From Lytechinus pictus (lineage: Eukaryota), in contig NC_087251.1 of the NCBI RefSeq assembly GCF_037042905.1, positions 10,914,001 to 10,978,000 on the forward strand: a DNA stretch of 64,000 bases. The letters run 5' to 3'. The notes below the pieces were generated by a model, which was given only the letters and a program-made list of their open reading frames with translations, ran no database searches and had not been told where the DNA came from. Positions 38,106-50,100 of this stretch are shown piece after piece. The translations under genes and the position numbers were made by a program. The number at the start of each line of letters is the position of its first letter. The stretch's first letter is position 1.

Positions 38106-41100
38106 TCATGAATGGAGGAAGCCGTGACATTCTTCTGGTACGCTATCAAATAATCCTAAAACATTCAAAAAGAGAACAACAATCTTCTATCATCAATAGG
38201 AAACAATAAGTCAATTCACACTTGAAAAAAAAGAAAAAAAAAAGTTAAATAAAAACTACAAGGGAATTTTAAGATGTAGAGAGGATTATAACAAATATTG
38301 TGAGATCTAAGATTTTTTGTCATTTCGATTGGAAAAAAATATCACTATTATTACTTTTTCCCTATTTAATAAGTCTTTTCAAATTTCCTAACACTTTAAC
38401 TGTGAAAACAAAATTGGGGCTATGATCAATTATCTCTCTTTTGCACTAAAAATACAAAAAATAACGATTAAAAGGAGAACAAAAAAAGTGTGGACAAAAT
38501 TATTTTTTCTTAAGGGACAGGAGTACCTTAACTATATAAATTGTCCTAACTTGGAAAAAAATTACATTGAAAAATTAAATAATGCATTGTTTTTTTCAGG
38601 AATCCAATTTCGCTTCTTTCCACTTAATCCCCATTATAAAGAAAAAAAGAAAAGGCAATGAAAAGATACTAATAAGATTTTCTGCTGGAGTGTGTGTGGC
38701 CTGGACTTTAAAGTCCCTGAATTACCTTTTTCTTTGAGCCAAGTTCTGTTGAAGAGCCTTGCATAGTATCGTTGACCAGTGTCACACAGGCAGGAAGCTA
38801 CCACATGCCCAGGTCCGAGTTGCTTAGCAACCTAAATACAGATTAATAATTTTTCAAAAATTATAATAGATCATAGTGTAAAAGTAGTTTGTACAATCAT
38901 AACTAATTTTCAATTACATTTTAAAACTGAAAAAAATTATGTATGCCTACAAATCTTTAAATGAATTAAGGTATATCTGCACATGAATTACATCAAATAA
39001 AGTCATAAACATAACAGCAGTACTATAGTGGCTGTTGTTTATGCTAATATTACATTTCCTAATCCTACTACTTCTTTAATTCTCTTGATTACTCATCTTA
39101 CTACTTCTACAACAACTTCCAAAATTAATTTGAAGGCAAAACACTTTTTATGGCCTGTAAGGGGTGCAGCAATTGTGCTCAACACGAAGCAGTTGACCAT
39201 CCCGGGGGGGGGGGGCCACTTACATTGACGAGTGGATACCATGCGTGACCAAAAAAACACGTAAAAAGGATGTCTTTTTCAAGATAGGGCACGTTACGTA
39301 CGTAACGTGATAAGGGTGTCAAAAACACAAAAATATTGAAAAAAGGGTATCTATTTCGCTCGGAAAAATATACGTGTTTAGGGTCAAATATGCGGGGATG
39401 ATAAAACAAAATCAAAATGTTTTATAAAGGATGTCCTTTTTGCCCCAACACTACGTGTATAGAGTCCGATTTGCGCGAGGTGTGAAAGGTGGAGCCGTAC
39501 AAAACCAAAATAATGGTGTGTAAAGGTATAACCGACGACCGACGGACCCATGACATAACAATAAAATATCGCTGTACTTGTTTAGGGGTTCATTTCAGGG
39601 AATACTTGCCAAGAGTATCGTTTTATTTCTAATAGGCCTACTTGTTAAGTACATCGCTGTACTTGTTTAGGGGCTCAATTCTACTTGCCAATAGTATTTG
39701 TTTCCAATACTTGTTAAGGGTAGGGTTTCACACGCCTTGTTAAGGGGTGCATTTTCAGAATATGGAAAATACGTGTTTAGGGTGCTTTTCAAGACCCCGT
39801 GGTCGCGCATGGTATCCATTTGTCAATGGAAGTGGCCCCCCCGGGTTGACCATATAGGTCTTCCCTTCTCAGCAAAGACCGATACAATTACACATATGCT
39901 GCCCTCTTCAGTCCAATGTAGGCCATATATAATAGCCACCTTAATTATTACAACTGAGAGTACTGAAAACAATTCAGTTGCAATGAAGCTCATAGTCAAT
40001 GTGTATGATAATGTTGAAGTCAAAGTAAAAACCCCACATGGCTTTTTCTTGTTTGTGATAGTGAAATATCATGGTGGGGGGGGGGGGGGAGAAAAAGAGA
40101 AGAGGAAAAGAAGGGAATGAAGAAATTGGAAGAAAATGGAAAGAAGAGTATAAAAAAGATAGATCTTGGCCTTGTATATCTATAATACGCCTATAATTCA
40201 ATTCAGAAAAATTAGTAAAACTACCTTTTAGGTGCCCCCCAAAAACAATACCCTTTCAGACTTCATTTCAAAACCAATTGAAGTAATAACATATATAAAA
40301 TACATTTCTTCTCTCAAAATTTGGCAAACAAACCATTATTGTTGCAGGTTTACAGCAACAGAAGAAAAGTGACAGTTTGAAAAATACCATCAATCATGAT
40401 ACATTTTAGAATTATTTCATATCCAGTTTGGTATAAAATGGAACTGTTGAGTTTACTAATATATTCAAATTTTATGGACAAGTGCTTTTTCTTTAGCTTC
40501 CTCAAAGCTTGCCAGAGGATTTTACGAGACATAGCAGGACGTCATAAATGCGGATTGCTATTTGATTAATATTAACATGTTATAAAGAAATACATTATTA
40601 CCAAAGTCCAGGGAAAGAAAGATAATTAAATCATTTAAAATCAGGTCTATTCTCAAGAATTTACACTGAATGGAATTTGGACAATACAATAAGAAAATAT
40701 AGCACATTTTATCAAGTTTAATTATGTAAATGTAGGTCAAATGAAACTGCCTCAGTTTTTACCATATAACAAGGAATTGTGTATGCATTCTTTTTCTTTC
40801 AAAATGTAAGATTTACAGATGAATTTTGCACTAATATTTCTTTGACTATAATGTCATTTCAAAGTAAAGCATGTTGCTCAGAGACAACAATACAACCCCT
40901 TCTTCCTTCTGGGAAAAAATACAAGAGAGATAGCAGGAGATGAATTTATTTGTTTTCTAATAATAGAAACAAATAACACCTGCATAGATTGAAATCAAAA
41001 GTTTAATCAAGCCACAAGTGATTGCTTCTTCACGGTGACTATATACCATAAACATCTTGCTACCACACACACCGATCAACCACAACGTGTTGTTTGCTTT

Positions 41101-44100
41101 ACAGCTTTATCAACAACTCATCCCCTTAAACAAATTGTTGGAATATAAAATGCTTCTTTACGAGGCAATCAAAATACAACAACCTCATCATGGAGTAATT
41201 ATGTATCATTTGAATGTTTATCAAGCCCAGTTGTTGTTGATTTTTGACAATTTATGATCATCAAATCACACTATTTAATCTTGGTCAAGGGTCGCTAGTT
41301 GGAAAAAAAAAGGACCTGATTTGCAAAGAATTTTTGTAACATTCTCCTGAAATATTTGAAATACTTGTAATTCTCTCTTGGCATCTCAAAAATCCTTCAT
41401 TTTGTTCAGAATAGAAAAGAAAGAGTTTGAAGGTTAAACAATGCTCTAATAGTCAGGGAGATAAATCAAGTAGAATTACTAAATGAAAATCAAATTGCCA
41501 AATCTATAAGTATATATATAGAGAACTATTGATTATTAAAATTAATTCATTGAGGAAGAAAAAAATACCCACAGTTCAAGGCTAATTAAAATAATATTCA
41601 GTTTCTGATTTACAATATAACCATAAAAAACTCTACCAATATTATATTGTTGAAATCAAACAATCATCTAAACTATACCAATTGAAGATGACAAGGTGAG
41701 AAAAACATAAATACTGATCTATAAAATATGATATTTTGGAGACTTTATAGTAAAGCCAAGTATTATGAGGAAAAGTGTATCTTTATACAGTTATACAAAT
41801 GCATCAAACATACATGTACACGTTTATTCAGGAATATGACTCACAGCGTATGACATCCAAAATTTACAAAATTAAATAATTGTAATTCAATTGACTTCTC
41901 CTTATCCAATCAGTATAATTTTGAGTATTCACAATAAAAAAATTATCTTTATCATTTCAAAGCTTTGTAATTCTCTGGCTCTACAATAACACAACAGCTA
42001 CATCTAAAGTTAATTAGCACTTTAGCAGTAATTGTTAGTCACGTTTTACTGCATGGGAAAACTGTAACATCCTAATATTGCCATGGCAACAAATGAGCAA
42101 CATCGTTACCAGTATTTGCAGGTCCTTAACACGTGGCCTTGCTACTGGTTCAGTATATCTTAAAGTCTTCACAACAACTGCAAATTTTGATGATTTTTTT
42201 AAATCATTTTTTCAATTCTCCTTGATGTTTCATGTTATCTAATTCTTTTTTTAAATTGAATTTGATTCCCATTTTATGAAAGATATTTACTAACTTCTAA
42301 ATCAAATAGTCAACAGAAACAACAAATCTTTTCTTTAAAAGTCATGACACCCAACATTCACAGAAATCATTAATATACATGTACTTGAAAAAGTGTGAGG
42401 TTGTCATATCTTTTATTTCTAAATAATCTGCTTCCATTTCACAAAAGATCAAATGGAAAAAAGAGAAACAATTTCAAAAATCTAGAGCACACAAAGTAAT
42501 TATCAGTTTCTGTACGGATGAGTGACACATGAAAAGTACTGAAATTGAGAGAGAAGCCCAGCAAATTTTGTAGAAAGGATTGACGTTTAAAAACAGGAAT
42601 GAAAATTGACACTTTAAATCAAGTGACGAACACAAATTAATGTAAACTGTAATTCTACAACTGTGAAGCTAAGAGAGGGTACTTTTATGATTTAAGAAAA
42701 TACATCGTGGAGAAAACGGAAAAGACAAGGAGATTAGGTAACCAGGCCCCCCCCCTGGGTTCCTGTGGGTAATTGACAACATTCTCCCGTATATGTCCAA
42801 AATTGCCCTAAAATATTGCAAAAAGGTACTTTGTACATTGCTACTTGGCAAAAAAAAAAAAAAAAACTTGTGAATGATCAGTAATAAGAAAATTAGCTTC
42901 CCTCTTCTGTTTTTTTTTAAAACTGGGGTGAACTAACCTCTACTGCTGCTACTACATTAAGACCAGATGAAGCACCAACAAAGAACCCTTCTTCTTTCAA
43001 GAGACGAAATGTCTACATTAAAAAGACAGATAAACAACAGAAAACAATGATTATCAATACGACTCCATCTATATCAATATATCCCACCAAAAATACTTTA
43101 GATGGATCAACAAGACATTATAAAATATCTGAACAAATAGATTCTGTATTTGCATTTTACATATTGATAGTTATAAATCCATCATTATTTTGTAATTAGT
43201 AAATAAAGCGACCCTCGATTATCCTTATCTTGGAGACACCACCTACAATAAAACAATATTTCTCCCAAAATGAGGAACAAATATTTGAAATCTATATTTA
43301 ATCTGTTTAGCTAAGGCTAATTATTTTGCAATCTGGGTGTTATTAAGTCATTTGGAGCTTGCTACAACAGCCAAGGAGTGTAGAGTTCAATCGTGAGGTG
43401 ACAATCAATGATTCTCATAGAGAAATTGTTGAAATGCCAATTCAACTAAAAACTAAAATATTCTTTTTTCTAGAGTAGAACAAATCTAGCTTTTGCTCTT
43501 TTGAACTTATTGTTCAATTGTTAAAATATGCCAGAAATTAAAACTGAATTGTCTTTGACATTGTCTCCCTATTGAATCCTGAAAAATAAGTGTGAGAAAG
43601 AAAACAATGGTAGTCCACCAAGGGTACACACACATCTTACAAGAACTCTGAAAGTACAGTTTGTAAATCCTAGATTAATTTTCGTTGAAAATATTTCTGC
43701 AAAATCACTTCCTGTTATTCTTTCTAATGTGGCTGTCAGTATAAATAGACAAAATATCTTTCTCTTTTCTTACAAGAATAATTCACGACATAAGATTTAA
43801 CAAAATCATTTTTTTTTCAGAAGAAAAAAACATTTAAATGATTAATTTATGTTTCTCTTTGAAAACTTTTCATCATTGAACTCTAGATAACCTTTCCTCT
43901 AGTTGATAATTTGATCAAACGACTATAAAGGCAGATTTTTAATTGAATAAAGAACAAATAAAAATGCCACTCTGCAATAAAGCCACCTGACACTGAGTTT
44001 GAAATCAATTGAACATAACCTTTCCTCTATTTCATAAAACATTTAAATACATGAAGTTCTCGATTTTACAAAGCAATTAATAGAAATACTTTTCAGTATG

Positions 44101-47100
44101 AGTTGTAACTGTCTAAAACTTACAATGAAGAAACTGTAAAGATTAAGCACAACCTTTCCTCTATTTCATAAAACAATTAAATAGTTCTCAAAGCTACAAA
44201 GCAATTAATAGGATTCTGAATAAGCTGGAACTGTAATCTAAAACTTAAAATGGAGAAATTGTAAAGATTAAGCATAACCTTTCCTCTATTTCATAAAACA
44301 ATTAAAATTTAAGGCCATCAATAGAAAGAGTAGTAATTAGCAATTTGTTTCAATTGTAGTATTTGCTTCAGTCAAGTGTTGATAAATAAACATTCCTAAC
44401 AAGTGATTTAAAAGCTATTGATTTGAAGAATAGATTGACAACAGCTAACCTTTCACCCAATTCTTAATCGATTTGAACAAGATTGTATATTTACAGTCGC
44501 TAATTAATTGGCACTTTGATTTTATTAAATTGGTGTGCATGTGATTCTACAAATCAGTTGTTTTATCACCATTCCCGCATGTATAGCCCAATTAAACTAT
44601 TTGAAGAGGAGTTCAGTGGGTGAAATACGGAAAATGTGCAACTTTGCTTTGAAAGAAAAAACTTGCAGAAATCAACAAAGATTGTAAAAATTCTATGAAA
44701 TTCTTCTTCATGTATGTGTGTGGAAGTTCAAATCACAAAAGTGGGAGGGGCATTTATAATAAGTAAAATAAAGTCTGTTAATCAGATCAAGAGGTCCGAT
44801 GAAATACATTTAATAGTGCAAAAACAACTTTGAAAAGAAAAAGAACAAACTTGCAAACTTGTACACCCTTTTCTGAAAGAACAATTGGAGGAATAATAGA
44901 CTTCTCATGAGGTTGCATGTTTTATCAAAGTTTATTCTAAAAAATTTTTTTTTGTAAAAATGACAGATGAGCTTGAGACAAATCAGCTTGAACTAGTGAA
45001 AATGTTCAACTTGGGTAAAGTTGTGACTCATGAATTATGAAAAGTTGAAATTTTAGGCCTATTGGACAAGGGTTATTAGGTTAATCAAGTTTTCAACTTA
45101 CCATACTGACAACATCGGTATCCATAATGCACAAAGCCTGATCAATGGGAGCGCCCTTTAGGTTATCTGTGACCCGACCTTGACCTATGCCCTCTGTGAT
45201 GGATGATCCTGGTGACCTTTCTATCTTACCGTGGGTGAAATAATTATAGAGGACACTACCTTGAGGGTCTGCCAAGACGACCTTTACATCCTTACTCTTT
45301 TCCTTCATGTACATACCTACCCCTGTAAGGTAGAAACAAAACAAGTTGGTTAGTATGGTCACTGAGTACTGAATTATATGTTTAAATAAAGGGATCATTT
45401 GGTTACCAGCAACAAAGAGGTTAAATGGGAGCTTTAAGTAAAAGCAGAAAACTGAGGGAAATTCATCACTGAGGGTTTGGCAAAACCTGTAAAATAACAG
45501 TTTTAAGTTAGTGAAGTCACATGCGAGCAGACCATCTCATATGTCATGTGATATAGTCAGAAAACTGAAAATTATTTTACCTGTACACTTAATATATGAT
45601 CAGACACATAATTTGATAAAGTCGATTCCCTTGAAAATAATTTTCATTTATCATGACCCATGAAAAGGGTAATTCACCTTCGAGTTAAATTATGATTATT
45701 ATTATCATTTATCAATATCATCATCATAAGACGTAGTAGAAATAGAAGTAGAAGTACTACTACTACAGTGGTAGTAGCATTAGTAGTAGTAAAAACATCA
45801 TCTTCATCATTATCAACATTATTATCTAATGCGGTTTTCAGACTGAAGGCAAAGTGGAGTGGACCGACATTATACCACTTTCAAACTGGTAAGCTCTGCA
45901 GCGGTGTATCTGCAGTCGTTTCTGTGGTTTCCAAGCGAGTTCGCGCCATATGCGTGGCGCGAGGAATCTTCCCCATGCAGCAATGAATAAAGTTACGCGC
46001 GAGATTCGCGCTACCGCACTTCCGGTGCGGACTTACTCCGTATGTAACCCTCTTCTCGAAGTGGGTCAAGTACTCTGCTTTGAATCCGGATTGAAATAAT
46101 CCTAGAATTCTCATACTGCCCTCCAAAATGGAGTAACTCCTTTTGGTCTCCGGAGTAACTCCACTTAAGCTGTCAGTATGAAAGTGGTATAAGAGTATCT
46201 CACCTGCTAAAGTGCCACCTGTTCCGGTGCCAAAGGTAATAGCATTAACCTTTCCCTCTATGAAGAGAAAAAAAACATCAAAGCAACATTATCAACATTA
46301 GAATATCATTGCATGATTAATATTTTATATAGTCCTCCAAGCTTCCAACTGATTGGTGGTAATTCTGATTATCATGAGTGCTAGCTCGAGATAAAGCAGG
46401 GGTACAGTGATAAAAATTGTGCTTTGTATCATCTGGCAAAGCACGCTATATTAATCCAGCTATCATTATCATCATGATGAACAGAAACATTTTGCATGAC
46501 ATAATCAATTCTAGGTATAAAATATTTACACATTCTAAGTAATAGGGAGGAATTTTCTCTACTTAAACCTTCACATTCCCAATAATTGCATGCCTATTAA
46601 TGATAGGCTATGTAAATTAAGTTGTACTTAGAGATACAAAAAAAAGAAACTTAAAAGCTTGGAATATAGACCCAGATGAATTCCAATATCTCACACACAC
46701 AAAAAAATTGAGAACAGACACTTGTTATCTAATTCATATAATGCATTTTGGACTTGCCTGTATGAAGATGTAAAACTGTATCTTTACTTATTTAAATGAA
46801 ATAATATTATATACTGTTTAATTTGTATGACATTTCTTTAACTTTAGTTAAAAAGAGCAACCTAGCTGAATATAAGATGATAATAATATTTAAATGTCAT
46901 TTAATTTAAATGTAGCTAAAAAAAGCAACCTAGTTGAAAGCACATTAAGTTTCTACCTATATTCATAAAAATTCACAATAATAGCTTAACAAGTGGAATG
47001 CCTCTGGCGGTCTCACCTGCATCACGCTATTCAATATAGCAGCAGTGCTGACTTTGAAAACTACTATAAAATAATTATTCACAAAAACACAATTCATATA

Positions 47101-50100
47101 ATGATACAATACTATGTTCATTGACATTTGACCTTGATCATGTGACCTAAAACTTGTCAGTGATACTTGATTACCCCTATATCCACATTTCATACACTAT
47201 ATCTATAAACTTTGAAAGTTATGACAGCAATCTAATAATTACCTCTAAAATGGCCAAAGTTCAATGACCTTAAATGACCTTTGACTTTGGTCATGTGACC
47301 TGAAACTCACAATAGATTTTCAGTGATGCTTGATGACTCTTATGTCCAAGTTTTATGAATTAGACCAATATACTTAGAGTTATGATGGTAATTCAATAAA
47401 TACCCCCAACATGGCCAAAGTCCATTGACCTTTGTAATGTGACTAGACTTGCACAAGATGTTCAGTGATACTTGATTACTCTTATGTCCATGTTTTATGA
47501 ACTAGACCAATACACTTACAGAGATATGATGGTAATTCAACAAATACCCCCAACATATGGCCATAGTTCATTGACCTTAAATGACCTTTGACCTTGGTCA
47601 TGTGACCTGAAACTCGGACGGGATGTTCAAAGATACGTGATTACTCTTATGTCCAAGTTTCATGAATCAGATCCATAAACTTTCAAAGTTATGATGGTAA
47701 TTCAATAAATACCCCCAACATGGCCAAAGTCCATTGACCTTTGTAATGTGACTAGACTTGCACAAGATGTTCAGTGATACTTGATTACTCTTATGTCCAT
47801 GTTTTATGAACTAGACCAATACACTTACAGAGTTATGATGGTAATTCAACGAAAACCCCCAATTTGGCCAAAGTTCATTGACCCTAAATGACCTTTGACC
47901 TTAATCATGTGACCTCAAACTTGCACAGGATGTTCAGTGATACTTGATCACTCTTAAGTCCAAATTTCATGAATCAGATCCATAAACTTTCAAAGTTATG
48001 ATGGTAATTCAACAGATACCCCCAATTTGGTCAAAGTTCATTGACCCTAAATGACATTTGACCTTGATCATGTGATGTGAAACTCAAGCAGGATGTTCAG
48101 TAATACTTGATTAACCTTATGTCCAAGTTTAATGAACTAGGTCCATATATTTTCTAAGTTATGCTGTCATTTCAAAAACTTAACCTTCGGTTAAGATTTG
48201 GTGTTGACGCCGTCGCCGTCGGAAAAGCGGCGCCTATAGTCTCACTCTGCTATGCAGGTGAGACAAAAACTATCTTAATAATAATAATAATATTCCGCAT
48301 TTATATAGCGCTTAATACATCGGAACGACGTCTCTAAGCGCTTTACAGACATATTATTACCCCGGTCATCGGATCCTTGCATGCCCGCATACAATGTATG
48401 CACCTTCTCCACTCCCTGGGGAGCATTCCAACAAGATTTCCAAGACTCAATTGTTAGGCATACTACATATAGGCTTTCACATCCTACCGGGTACCCATTC
48501 AACACCTGGGTGGAGAGTGGCAAAGTGTGGATTAACGCCTTGCCAAAGGACGCTAGGCCATGGTGGGATTCGAACACATGACCCTCTGATTACAAGGCGA
48601 GAGTCAGAACCGCTACACCACGACGCTTCCAATCTTACCAGTCTGTTCCCATATTTCTGGTCCAGTCGTTTCTATATGTGCTTGTCTATTGGCAGTGTTG
48701 TCAAACTGATTTGTCCAAATTGCATTATCTAATGATTCAGCATGTCTCCTTGCCTAGAATGAAAAAAAAAGTAAATTATCTCCATTAAAACCACTGATAA
48801 CCTCTTGATTCATGGTTTAGAAGTGAAAGACTAATTAATGGTGGAAAAGAGTTTTAATATTGATTTTTTTATTTAATTAAACATCCATTCATTCAAACTC
48901 GATTCATTTGGAAATATGAGAGAGATTGGGAGAAAGATAGACAGATAGAGAGAGAGAAAAGGACTGATGCAGAGACATGGAGATAGACAGACAGAAACAA
49001 ACAATACATAATGATGCTCTTTGTTCAATTTTACTCATGAGGCAAATATTTGCAGTAGCATGTAAAGTAGGCCCTGGACCACAGTTCCGATTTGAAAACA
49101 GAAAGCACAAACTAAATAAGGTATTTCTGTTTAAAATTCCATTACTTATAAATCCTAACAGATAAAACTGACATTGAGTGGTCATTAATAACAATGAGAA
49201 CTATAAGTGTTTGTGCTGGAAAAATGGGTAAACTAAAAATGCAGAATAAAGAGGAGTTTGCTACAATCTTAATAGGAAAATTGTCTCAAACTTTGGACTT
49301 CAATACAATGGTTTACTTTCAAATGGTTAAATGCCAATTTGTCCAATTACCAACTCATCTACTATCATTTGGTCTACCATCCACATGGTCTAATTGCCAT
49401 TTCGTCCACTCACCATTTCGCCTAATAACCAGTTGGTCCGATAGCCATTTAATCCATATACCATTTGTGTCAATTGGGCAAAATAAATGAAAATAACATA
49501 GATATTAGATCAACTGGTTATGAGAAGAAATGGTCACAGACGAACTGATGATTAGTCAAAGTGATGATTAGACCGAATAGTTATTGGACCAAATGGTTGT
49601 TGGACGAAATTGTGATGGATGGAATGGCATTAGACTAAATGAAGGTAGACCATGTGGTGAGTGGATGAGTTGGCAATAAAAGAATTGGCAATTTACCAAT
49701 ACAATTTGTATTAACAAATATTATATGGACTGAAAATTTTGTAAAAAGAAAAGAATTCAAAACAATGGTCTGAAAACCTAACTTAATTTTAAACAGCTTT
49801 CATGACAAAAGAGCATCTAGAATGTATTGTCAAGTAAGAGCAACTGACCTGGTGGTTATAATTATCAGGATTATCAAAAGGCACAACAGGAACAGGAAAG
49901 ACTTCAGCACCAAGGAGTCGCAGCATGTCAATCTTTTCTTGACTCTGACTATTAGGCATATAGATCACACACTTGAAACCCATGGCATTACATATATGGG
50001 CTAAACCAATGCCTGACAGAAGGTAAAAAGGAAACCATTATACAGAAGATTAATGACTTGTATGTTGCTCAAAGTATATGTTCATTCTATCTGAATCTAT

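Noticed and set aside
48555..48630. tRNA-like sequence
   Set aside because: It is the head of a SINE: no proper acceptor stem, and it continues into a SINE body and tail.
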